Assembly: GCA_965652425.1 (NCBI GenBank)
Contig: CBFGVX010000004.1
Span: 3,078-67,077, forward strand
From: an uncultured bacterium
Lineage (GTDB): Bacteria; Planctomycetota; Phycisphaerae; Phycisphaerales; UBA1924
Reading direction: 5' to 3'
DNA: 64,000 nucleotides
Positions 10,477-18,854 of this stretch are shown here, in pieces. Position 1 is the first letter of the stretch, and each line of letters opens with the position of its first letter. The notes below the pieces were generated by a model that made no database searches, was not told where the DNA came from, and worked only from the letters and a program-made list of their open reading frames with translations. Both the position numbers and the translations under genes were made by a program.

Positions 10477-11649
10477 TCACAACGATTTGAGTGCAGAAGG
10501 GATCGGTAAACGCAGGCAACGAATCGACGGCGGCACCGCACCGACAAGGCCCACAAGCCCGCCGCAAAGAAGCGCCACCAGCATGACGGTCGCATCGATA
10601 TTCATTTCGAACGCGCCCATCGAGAATCTGACGGCAAAGCCGTCCAAGGCGATGTACCCGATGGCAAGACCGAGCACCGCCCCGCAGCCCGCGGCGAACA
10701 ACGATTCTTCCGTGAGGTTCAGCACGATCGCCGACCTCTTGAATCCGAGCGACTGGAGCATGCCGACTTCACGGACTCTGGCCGAGAACGCAGCGTACAT
10801 GGTGTTGAGCCCGCCGAGAAGGCCGCCGAGCGCGATGAGAACGGCGGTCACGATCACCATGATCCGGATGGGCTGGTAAAACGCGGCGATCCCCGCGTAG
10901 TACTCCGCTTCGGTCATGGACACGATTTCGAGATCCAGGCGTGTTTTGGTGAGCAGGTCGATATCCGACGGCTTGGCCGTATCGAGCGCGACAACCACGC
11001 TGGAGATGGTTCCTTCGCGTTTGGTTGCGATCTGCAGATCCGTGATGGGCATCCAGATTTCGGCATTCATGACCGTGGACGGCGCAGCGAATCTTCCGAC
11101 GATCTTCCACGCCCGATTATCGAAGTAGAGCGTTTGCCCCACTGCGAGCCGGTCGTCTGGAAGCCCGAGGCGAACGGCCGTCAGGTTGCCGACCATGATT
11201 TCTTCGCTGCCGGTTCTCGGAAGTCTCCCTTCGATCAGTTCGACCTGAGGGTGGACGAGGACCGCTATTTCTGGTCGTACTCCTCGAATCACGCTCTGGA
11301 TGACGACGCTCTCCGGCGCGGTCCGCACCGGCAGCATCGTGTTGATCTCGGGCGAGACCAGAGGCACATTTCCGGCCTGTTTCAATCCGGTCACACTGGA
11401 AGCAACGATGCCCGCCACGCTCGCGTCGATCTGCGAACGCTCGACTGATTCCTCGCTTCCAGCGCCGAGGACGATCACATTGGTGTGCAGACCATCCCCG
11501 CGGCTGAGCGTGACCTCCATACCCCTGACGAACGCGGTGGCTGCCATCGCCAGCAACACCACAAGCGTCGCGCCGATCAGCGAGGACAGAAGGCGGGTAC
11601 GGCTTCGGCCGAGGTTGCGGAAAGCGTATTCGAAGGGCAGTTGTCTCAT
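10477..11649 (-). CDS. ABC transporter permease, FtsX/MacB-like
   Basis: I chose the internal ATG at 11649 (MRQLPFEYAFRNLGRSRTRLLSS...), which is the typical MacB/FtsX N-terminus. It has a periplasmic domain followed by a C-terminal FtsX 3-TM bundle. Confidence 0.85.
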   Translation of the reverse strand: MRQLPFEYAFRNLGRSRTRLLSSLIGATLVVLLAMAATAFVRGMEVTLSRGDGLHTNVIVLGAGSEESVERSQIDASVAGIVASSVTGLKQAGNVPLVSPEINTMLPVRTAPESVVIQSVIRGVRPEIAVLVHPQVELIEGRLPRTGSEEIMVGNLTAVRLGLPDDRLAVGQTLYFDNRAWKIVGRFAAPSTVMNAEIWMPITDLQIATKREGTISSVVVALDTAKPSDIDLLTKTRLDLEIVSMTEAEYYAGIAAFYQPIRIMVIVTAVLIALGGLLGGLNTMYAAFSARVREVGMLQSLGFKRSAIVLNLTEESLFAAGCGAVLGLAIGYIALDGFAVRFSMGAFEMNIDATVMLVALLCGGLVGLVGAVPPSIRCLRLPIPSALKSL

Positions 11650-11662
11650 GCTCGGCTCTCCC

Positions 11663-12811
11663 TCAAACCGCCCTGAAGCAGGTTGCGATCTCTCGGCGAG
11701 ACGCCTGGAGCGCCGGGAAAACCCCGGCCACGACACCGAGGGCTGCGCACACCGCGAGTCCTGTCATCAGGAGCGTGGGACCGGCAAGGATCGGGATCGA
11801 CTGACCTTCGACTGACAAAGAGAAACTTGTCATGCGGCTCGCCGTGATCGCGAGAGCGCCACCGATCAGTGCACCGATCGTGGCGATGAGTGCGCCCTCT
11901 CCGACGATCAGCAGGCCGACCTGCCACCCCCGGTAGCCCAGCGTTTGCAGGATCGCGTGCTCGGCGATGCGGCTCTGCACGCTCAGCACGATCGCGTTCC
12001 CGATCAGGGCCATCACCGCGACCAGGCAGCCGATGCCCAGCCAGCGGGCAAAGCCCACCAGTTCGATCATGTCGGACGCGATCGAGGCGATGAACGAGTT
12101 CTCCGTCGCGGTCATCGTCGGCTCCTGGGCGGTTCGGAACAGTTCATCGATCTGCTCTGCCACCGGTTCGAGCTGAGAGGAATCGGTGACGCTGACATCG
12201 AACTGGGTGACCACTCCCAGCCCGGCGTTCCCCGCAAGCTGAATGAACTCGAGAGAAGCAAAGGCCGTGTTGTGGTCCTGCAGTTCGGTCGATCGGATGA
12301 TGCCTGCGACATACGCCGTAATGCCCGCGGCGTCGAAGCTGCTGCCGACTTTCAGGCCGCGTCGATTGGCGAGGGTCTCACCGACCAGCGTCGCGTCGGA
12401 TCGGCTCTTCCACTGCTCGATGGAACCGGACAGGACTTCGATCTTGCCCTGTCGGTCCTGCAGGAACGAATCCTTTGGCACACCTCGGAAGGTCACGACA
12501 TCGAGCGATGTACCGCAGTTGGTAACCACCACCTTGATGGGCAGTGCCGAGACCACACCCGGGATCCGTTCGATACGGCTCTGGTAGTCCTGCGGGAGCT
12601 GGCTTGTCGCCGGGCAGAAACGATCCTTGCGATACACCACGAGTTTGGTCTCGTCCGCGCTGGCGGTGGTCGCCTTCGTCACACCCGCCTGCATCGCCTG
12701 GATGGAGGTAAACAGGAACATCGCGATGGCCACGCCGGCGATGGTCAGCAGCGATCGTACGCGGTTGCGTGTGGCCTGCTTTACGATCAGCGGTACGAAT
12801 GAGAGTTTCAA
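11663..12811 (-). CDS. ABC transporter permease, FtsX/MacB-like
   Basis: N-terminus MKLSFVPLIVKQATRNRVRSLLTIAGVAIAMF, a periplasmic domain and a C-terminal FtsX fold (ILQTLGYRGWQV). It overlaps the upstream ATPase gene by 4 nt. Confidence 0.85.
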   Translation of the reverse strand: MKLSFVPLIVKQATRNRVRSLLTIAGVAIAMFLFTSIQAMQAGVTKATTASADETKLVVYRKDRFCPATSQLPQDYQSRIERIPGVVSALPIKVVVTNCGTSLDVVTFRGVPKDSFLQDRQGKIEVLSGSIEQWKSRSDATLVGETLANRRGLKVGSSFDAAGITAYVAGIIRSTELQDHNTAFASLEFIQLAGNAGLGVVTQFDVSVTDSSQLEPVAEQIDELFRTAQEPTMTATENSFIASIASDMIELVGFARWLGIGCLVAVMALIGNAIVLSVQSRIAEHAILQTLGYRGWQVGLLIVGEGALIATIGALIGGALAITASRMTSFSLSVEGQSIPILAGPTLLMTGLAVCAALGVVAGVFPALQASRREIATCFRAV

Positions 12812-13512
12812 ACCAGCACCTCCTGCTGATCCATGAGTTCGTCGGCCACCAGCACCCCGCCGTCGAGATGGAGCGTTCGGCCCGCGTACCTCGTCGTCCC
12901 CGGATCGTGCGTGACCATGATGATCGTTCGACCGTGCTCGCGATTGACGCGTTGCAACAGTTCCATGATGGATGCGGCGGATGACTTATCCAGATCGCCC
13001 GTTGGCTCGTCGGCCACGATGATCGTGGGGTTGGTTACAAGCGCTCGGGCGATGGCGACACGCTGTTCCTGACCACCCGACATCTGTCGGGGGAAGTGAT
13101 CAGCACGATCCGCGATGCCGACTTCCTCGAGCGCTGTCCGCACGCGGTCACGGCGTTCCTGCCGGGAGAGGTTGTGCAGCAGCAGCGGGAGTTCGATATT
13201 CTCGAACGCCGTCAGCACCGGGACGAGGTTGTAGAGCTGGAAGATGTACCCGACATGCTCCGATCGCCACGACGCGAGCTTGTTGCGGCTGAGCTTGGCG
13301 ATGTCCACACCATCGATCACAAGTGTTCCCCGCGTCGGTGAGTCGATGCCCGCGATCAGGTTCAGCAGCGTCGTCTTGCCGCTGCCGCTTGGCCCCATGA
13401 GCGCAACGAACTCCGATCGATCGACCTTCAGGTCGAGCTCGTTGAGCGGACGGATGACTTCTCCACCTTTCGTGTACTCCCGGGTCAGCTTCGTTGCTTG
13501 GATCAGTGTCAT
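12808..13512 (-). CDS. ABC transporter ATP-binding protein (MacB/LolD-type)
   Basis: Walker A GPSGSGKTT, signature MSGGQEQRVAIARAL and Walker B IIVADEPTGDLD. Confidence 0.93.
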   Translation of the reverse strand: MTLIQATKLTREYTKGGEVIRPLNELDLKVDRSEFVALMGPSGSGKTTLLNLIAGIDSPTRGTLVIDGVDIAKLSRNKLASWRSEHVGYIFQLYNLVPVLTAFENIELPLLLHNLSRQERRDRVRTALEEVGIADRADHFPRQMSGGQEQRVAIARALVTNPTIIVADEPTGDLDKSSAASIMELLQRVNREHGRTIIMVTHDPGTTRYAGRTLHLDGGVLVADELMDQQEVLV

Positions 13513-15062
13513 ATCGCCCCCCCTGCTTGTGCCATCCGGACCGTTTCGCCTTGCTGAACTTCACCGCGATCCAGTACCACCAGATCAGTCGGCCTGAGCA
13601 TCCCGCTGACCACGACGAGTGATTCGCTATCCGCGTGCGGCTCGATCACCTGAACGGGTACGCTCATGACTCGTCCGCGAAGGCCGCGACGCTCCCGAAC
13701 GACGAGCACGCTGTTCTGGTCACCGATCACCCCACGCGGCACGACGAAACGCTCCGCCGCGGTGCTTGACTCATCGGTTCGTGATGATTCGTTCCCGGCA
13801 AGAAATCGGACTCGTGTGAGCATTTCCGGCTTCAGGATCGGATCCGGATCGATGATTCGCACTTTGACCTCGAGCGTGTTGCGTTGGAGATCCGCGAGAT
13901 TAGTGATGCGGGTAACCTCCCCCCGGAACGGCCGATCGGGCAACACCTCGCAGAACACCTCGCAGGGCTGTCCGACCGAGATATGCGAGGCCTCGGCTAA
14001 TGGGACATCCGCCCGGACCTGTATCCGCTGCGGGTCGTAGATCTCAACAATGTGCGAGGATGACGGGTTGTCCATACCGAGCATGACTTTGTCGCCCGGA
14101 GACTTCAACCGGCGGAGTATCAGGCCGCTGATCGGTGCCTTCACGGTCATGCGGGAGAGTCGGAGTTCCGCTTCGGCAACCGATGCCCGCACGCGTTCCA
14201 CCCGTGCTTCCGCGGAAGCGGCGGTGGATCGTGCGCTTTCGAGGGCGAGCCGATCCCGGACGCGCAGCCGGGCGTTCTGCTCCGCCGCGTCCCGATCTGC
14301 GCGTGATCGTTCGAGTTGGGCCGATAGAATTGCCGCCTGCCGCTCCAGCGATTCGACCATCGCGGCCTGTGCCTCTCGGGCGGCCTCCGCGATGATGACT
14401 TCGATCTCGCTCGCGCTGCCGGAACGGGCGGCTTTGGAGAGAAGTTGTGCCTCCTGCGTCTTCGCGACGAGTGTGGCCTTTGCTTCCCGGATATGCGAGG
14501 GCAGTTGATCTAATCTGGCCTCCAGTTCCGCAACAGAGGCCTTCGCCATCGCCACCGCGCGGTCCAGTTCGACCGGATTCTCCCAGTCCGTCTCGGCGGC
14601 CTGCAGTTGGGCCTTGGCGAGCTGCCACTCCGCTTCAGCGAGCCGCAGTTCGGACCTTGCAGCGTTCAGAGATATCTCCGCGTCCTCGGTGACCAGTCGT
14701 GCGACCGGCTGATCCGCGCTCACGCTCTGTCCTTCGAGGACAAGAATGTCTCGCACGACACCATCGGCCAGCGCTATGGCGGCCGTGGGGTACGGGTCCG
14801 GTTCTATCCACCCGGGGGCCTGAACGGTCTTGCCGGATCGTGGTTCTGGAGCACTTGCGCCGGACGATTCCTGCGGCTGCTCGGCCACGATGGGGAGGAT
14901 TTGGGCGACCCGGACCTGCTTGACCGGGGTCAGGGACGACAGACTCGACCATCCCAACAGGCCCAAGGTGATGAGCGCCAGCGCGGTGGGAACAAGGATG
15001 TGAGGGGCCGGAAGCAGCGACCGTTTCGCGCGGACTGGTCCCGGAAGTGAATTCGGGTTCAT
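13509..15062 (-). CDS. HlyD/MacA-type periplasmic adaptor (membrane fusion protein)
   Basis: N-terminal TM anchor, a long alanine-rich coiled-coil hairpin, and beta-barrel and lipoyl-like segments (VKAPISGLI). It overlaps the ATPase gene by 4 nt. Confidence 0.85.
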   Translation of the reverse strand: MNPNSLPGPVRAKRSLLPAPHILVPTALALITLGLLGWSSLSSLTPVKQVRVAQILPIVAEQPQESSGASAPEPRSGKTVQAPGWIEPDPYPTAAIALADGVVRDILVLEGQSVSADQPVARLVTEDAEISLNAARSELRLAEAEWQLAKAQLQAAETDWENPVELDRAVAMAKASVAELEARLDQLPSHIREAKATLVAKTQEAQLLSKAARSGSASEIEVIIAEAAREAQAAMVESLERQAAILSAQLERSRADRDAAEQNARLRVRDRLALESARSTAASAEARVERVRASVAEAELRLSRMTVKAPISGLILRRLKSPGDKVMLGMDNPSSSHIVEIYDPQRIQVRADVPLAEASHISVGQPCEVFCEVLPDRPFRGEVTRITNLADLQRNTLEVKVRIIDPDPILKPEMLTRVRFLAGNESSRTDESSTAAERFVVPRGVIGDQNSVLVVRERRGLRGRVMSVPVQVIEPHADSESLVVVSGMLRPTDLVVLDRGEVQQGETVRMAQAGGAI

Positions 15063-15126
15063 GGGTTGCCTTCAGTGCGTATGCCGAGTGACCATCGGTG
15101 CGCGTGCGCGCACCTCCACTACGGAA

Positions 15127-15558
15127 TCAGCACTGAGGCGGACGCAGAAGATCGAACCTCTGATCCCTGGATCGGATCCGGCTGTCTGAGACAGCGATGC
15201 GGGTCACACGGGTGGCGGTCCACATCACCTCGGCATCCTGATCTATCTGCAACGGATGATGCAGGGCGACGCGGCAAATCGTGCAGCGGCAATCGCCGTC
15301 GCACGGAGCATCAGAAGGATCTGAGCCGGGGGTTTGCGGCTCCGGGACAGGAGAACACGGATCACGCTCATCGTCGGATCGACTGTCCTGCTCGCAGCAG
15401 GACTGGGCCTCCCCAGATCCATCTTGCAGGGAAGCGATCGGAGTCGTCACGAGGGGGGGCTGTACGCAGCATGTAGTGAGCGTCTTCAACGCCGGCGACA
15501 GGTGCGCACCGATAAGTACGGCAACCAGTACAACAAATTGAAGCGGGAGACACTTCAT
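15127..15558 (-). CDS. Small secreted Cys-rich protein (hypothetical), first gene of the exporter module
   Basis: Clear signal peptide (MKCLPLQFVVLVAVLIGAHLSPA). The mature part has 10 Cys, including CC, CC and CDGDCRCTIC followed by HH. It lies 64 nt upstream of the adaptor gene. Coding status was judged only from the signal peptide and position. Confidence 0.5.
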   Translation of the reverse strand: MKCLPLQFVVLVAVLIGAHLSPALKTLTTCCVQPPLVTTPIASLQDGSGEAQSCCEQDSRSDDERDPCSPVPEPQTPGSDPSDAPCDGDCRCTICRVALHHPLQIDQDAEVMWTATRVTRIAVSDSRIRSRDQRFDLLRPPQC

Positions 15559-15675
15559 CGGTAAGAGTGTACGGTCAACACCGCGAGAATGTTCCGGATT
15601 CCCCCGCCGCAGGATGGGAAGGCATTCTCAACTGGATCATGCCTTTAGCATGGCCCAGAGGGGAGCGTCTTATAA

Positions 15676-15692
15676 GTGGGCGAACTCGGACT
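15676..15692. repeat. attL core: GTGGGCGAACTCGGACT (duplicate of the tRNA-Val 3-prime end)
   Basis: Read directly from the sequence and identical to 25077-25093. Confidence 0.8.
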
Positions 15693-15750
15693 ACAACATA
15701 GGCCAGATTCCGGCGTAGGTACGGGAGATTCCGAAAGCGGTTCGCAAAAT

Positions 15751-15768
15751 GGCAACACTGGTGACACA
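15751..15768. repeat. 18-bp repeat GGCAACACTGGTGACACA (left-arm copy), candidate arm-type recombinase site
   Basis: Identical 18-mer at 24924-24941. A partial copy GGCAACAC lies at 24947-24954 and an inverted 11-mer at 19668-19678. Confidence 0.45.
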
Positions 15769-16007
15769 ACCCCACTATGCGAGGACTTGGAACGCATCGC
15801 TGAGGCGTGGCCACACCTGACCGAACCGATCCGGGCTGCGATCCTGTCATTGATCCAGACAGGCCCGCAGGCCGTTTCTATGGCCGACTGAGCCGCGAGA
15901 CATTCCCGACACCCCTACCACCGTCGGGTGGCCTGTACCGGGCTGCTCGGCGGTGTTTTCATGGGCGTGATAGTCTGCGACGCGAACCCCTAGACGGAGC
16001 GCGACAT

Positions 16008-16436
16008 ATGCCCACCTATCGAGTCGAAGTGTTGGCCCGCGATGGATCAACCGTCGACCCTCTCATCATCGAAGCGCCGGACGCGCAAGCGGCCAAAGCG
16101 ATCGCCAGCGACCGGGGATGGATCGTGGGCAAGGCAGAGCCGATCATGCCAGAGATGGTTGAGCGGCCAGCCGCTACCCCTGTCGTCGATGACAATGATG
16201 AGGCGAATGAGCGGTTCGGTGTAATGAGCATGATTCCGCTGTTCTCGGCAGTGGTGATCATTGTGGGAGTGATATGGGTTCTCGCGTCTTGGCAGATGTC
16301 CACCACGAGCGGCAGCACCTACAACATTGGATTGATCGCTGACCGCGAAGCCGCCTTAGGCATAGGCCGCACGATTCTGACTTGTGGCGTGATTGGGCTG
16401 ATCGGCTCGGAGATCATCCGCGCGATCAAGGGGTGA
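16008..16436 (+). CDS. Small membrane protein (soluble N-terminal domain plus 2 TM helices), island cargo
   Basis: ATG at 16008 within track ORF 15807-16436. N-terminus MPTYRVEVLARDGSTVDPLIIEAPDAQAAKAIASDRGWIVGKAEP, followed by two hydrophobic helices. Confidence 0.5.
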   Translation: MPTYRVEVLARDGSTVDPLIIEAPDAQAAKAIASDRGWIVGKAEPIMPEMVERPAATPVVDDNDEANERFGVMSMIPLFSAVVIIVGVIWVLASWQMSTTSGSTYNIGLIADREAALGIGRTILTCGVIGLIGSEIIRAIKG

Positions 16437-16907
16437 TCGGCGTTTGTCTTTTCATCGGCGCTGACACCGACACGGCTGGCGGGGTCAAAAACGCGGTCTG
16501 TGTCAGTGCGAACGCGAGGGATGCTGACCGACTCGCAACCGGGCCGAATCCCGAAGATTGCCAGCGACAGCCGAAGGCGCTCAGGTTTTCGCACCTGATC
16601 ACCTTCGAGAGCATCTTCAGCACACCTTCGAGGCGAACACCCACAACCGACAACCGATGGCCCACGCGACACCCGGCACACTGACGGTTCGCAAGCGCTC
16701 AAAGTGTCACCCGAACTACTGGCCCGCTGCCCGAACCCGCTACGGGGTTAACGGGAAAAAACCGCACAGACCCGCACAGAGAAACAATGCCCGGAGAACG
16801 CCCGGATTCGTTCAGCATTCGCGCGCGCCCATGCGTTAGAAGTGTGCATTCACTTCACTTGCCGCAGGTGCGGCGCTTCGCGCAGGGCGCGAGAAAGCGA
16901 GAACACG

Positions 16908-17690
16908 ATGACGAATGCAGTAGCAGCCGTGCGGCAACGATTCGCCGCGAAACGAACCGAAGAATCGACTGCCCGCGAGCGCATCGAGGAAGCCGCTGCG
17001 AAGGCGGCAACGGGCGGCAAGGTCGACGATGCGAAGATCGTGGCCGACCTAGAACTCGCTGGGCTGACCGATGCGGACTTCGCACGCAAGGCCGCGCGGT
17101 ACACCGAACGCGCCGAACTGGCAAAGCGGCTGGGCGATAAGACAGAGGCCCGGCTCCGCACCACCGAAGCCCGGAACACCCTGCTCGCCGCGTCCCGCAA
17201 AGCCCGGTACGCGATCGCTGACATACTCGAAGAATTCATAAAGGCCGCTACCGAGTATCAAGCCGTGGCACAAGCGATCCAGTCCGACGAGCAAGCCGAA
17301 AAGCAACTGCTGGCCACGCTGCCCGATCCGATCCGTCGAGCGTATGAACACGCTATCGAGCAAGAGAGCAACGCCAACTCAGCGAGGCGATCGGCTGAGT
17401 TTCGCGTACTGGCGAATCACGATGAGATCAATGTCTTTGTCGGCATCCTTCACCAATCCAAACAGGCGCTTTGCTCGCACGATCCGACGATGGCAACGGG
17501 TGTGACGCATGAACTGGCCCGATGGATCGGGACGCTGAACACCACACGGGATACCGAGGTTCCGACCGTCCCCACGAACGCCACAAGCAAGCAACTTGTG
17601 CGGCTCCGCAAACTGGCCCGCGAGGTGCGCCCGAGCGTGGCCGAACTCCCGAAGATCGCCCGAAACACCCAAGCGAAAGCGAGCAACTGA
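16908..17690 (+). CDS. Alpha-helical/coiled-coil hypothetical protein (scaffold-like composition)
   Basis: ATG at 16908 within track ORF 16842-17690. The sequence is rich in A/E/R/K with heptad-like stretches. It lies two genes upstream of the prohead protease homolog. Confidence 0.5.
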   Translation: MTNAVAAVRQRFAAKRTEESTARERIEEAAAKAATGGKVDDAKIVADLELAGLTDADFARKAARYTERAELAKRLGDKTEARLRTTEARNTLLAASRKARYAIADILEEFIKAATEYQAVAQAIQSDEQAEKQLLATLPDPIRRAYEHAIEQESNANSARRSAEFRVLANHDEINVFVGILHQSKQALCSHDPTMATGVTHELARWIGTLNTTRDTEVPTVPTNATSKQLVRLRKLAREVRPSVAELPKIARNTQAKASN

Positions 17691-17691
17691 T

Positions 17692-17994
17692 ATGGCCCGC
17701 AAACTGTCCGAACGCGCTGCGAAGGAACTTGGACTTCCCCGTCGACCGTGGAAGACATTCGACCTACCCGAAGACGCTGGCGATACCTGGCTCGAATACC
17801 ACGCGACGCTGCGCTCGCTGGGCGATCCGATCGACTGTGTATCACGCTGGGCCACGAAAGACGGAGAGCGGGTGCTACGCGTCTCAGTCGGCGCGAGCGA
17901 TGTCCGCTGGTTCCGCGAGTGTGTAAAGGCCGATGAGGGGCTGCCCGCATCCGTCAAGCGTGTGATCGTCGCGAAGATCGGCGGCGCGCCATGA
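17692..17994 (+). CDS. Hypothetical protein
   Basis: ATG at 17692, 1 nt after the previous stop. Its stop overlaps the next start as ATGA. Confidence 0.45.
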   Translation: MARKLSERAAKELGLPRRPWKTFDLPEDAGDTWLEYHATLRSLGDPIDCVSRWATKDGERVLRVSVGASDVRWFRECVKADEGLPASVKRVIVAKIGGAP

Positions 17995-18509
17995 TGCACA
18001 AGTTTTCAGGCGTGGCGACCGCTGAAACCGTCGACTTGGACGGCGATGTCATTGTTGCCGCTGGCGTGGCGTGGCCCTACTGGGCGAGAATGAAGACGCT
18101 GTACACCGACCACGAATACACCGTCAACACGGCAATCGGACGGATGACGGGGATTCGTCTGGACGCGCAGAACAAGCGAGTTCTGGTTGACTTCGAGGTC
18201 GATGACAGTACCGAACTCGGACGCGATACCGTCGCAAAGATCAAGGCCCGTATCGTCAATGGCCTATCCATCGGGTTCCGGGCGCTCGACAGCGCGCCAC
18301 CGAGCCGCGAGGAATCGAAGAAGTGGCCCGGCGTTCGGCAAGTGATTCACCGCTGTGAACTGCTCGAATGCAGCGTCACCGCGATGCCGTGCAACGATCG
18401 CGCGATGATCTTCCCCACCACCAAGAAAACCATCGTGATCCCGTCGGCTACCGGCTCCGTGCTGCCGTGGCGCAAGCCGGTTGCCAAGAGAACGATCGTT
18501 CTGGTCTGA
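17991..18509 (+). CDS. HK97-family prohead (maturation) serine protease homolog
   Basis: The pattern FSGVATAETVDLDGDVI..AG......LYTDHE....AIGR.......V.F.V.D.ELGRDT..KI..RI.NGLSIGF....... followed by CELLECSVTAMPCNDRAMI matches the conserved blocks of the Peptidase_S78 (U35) family as I remember them. Confidence 0.7.
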   Translation: MMHKFSGVATAETVDLDGDVIVAAGVAWPYWARMKTLYTDHEYTVNTAIGRMTGIRLDAQNKRVLVDFEVDDSTELGRDTVAKIKARIVNGLSIGFRALDSAPPSREESKKWPGVRQVIHRCELLECSVTAMPCNDRAMIFPTTKKTIVIPSATGSVLPWRKPVAKRTIVLV

Positions 18510-18518
18510 GGTACTGCT

Positions 18519-18854
18519 ATGCCGATTGTGCGACGCGATGAGAATGGCAAGTTTGTACCCGGCACAACCGGGGGACCGGGCCGACCGAAACGGGCGAACG
18601 ATCTTCGGCAGGCCATGCTCGAAGCCGTCACCGAAGCCGACATCCTCGAAGTGTTGGCGCGACTGCTCGAAGCTGCGAAGAACGGCGACCCGTGGGCAGT
18701 GAAGGAACTGCTTGACCGTGCGACCGGCAAGCCGCAATCCATCCTTGACCCCGATGATGACGGCAATGTCCGCGCGATCCAGATTCGATATGTCGTCGAT
18801 CCCGGTCCCGGACATCGCGACCTGATCGACACGAAAGCATTCGATGCCGACTGA
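18519..18854 (+). CDS. Small phage-type protein with GxPGRPK motif (DUF5681-like)
   Basis: FVPGTTGGPGRPKRANDL followed by AKNGDPWAVKELLDRATGKP. I recall this motif pair from small phage and terminase-associated proteins. No search was run. Confidence 0.45.
   Translation: MPIVRRDENGKFVPGTTGGPGRPKRANDLRQAMLEAVTEADILEVLARLLEAAKNGDPWAVKELLDRATGKPQSILDPDDDGNVRAIQIRYVVDPGPGHRDLIDTKAFDAD

Larger units (their letters stand above)
15676..15891 (+). other. ORF fragment in frame with the integrase across the att core (possible excision-dependent integrase C-terminal extension)
   Basis: The only possible start is the GTG that is the first base of the att core, and there is no internal ATG until near the end. 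It encodes VGELGL-QHRPDSG...GNTGDTTPLCEDLERIAEAWPHLTEPIRAAILSLIQTGPQAVSMAD. The codon phase is the same as that of the integrase ORF at the attR copy. Confidence 0.35.
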
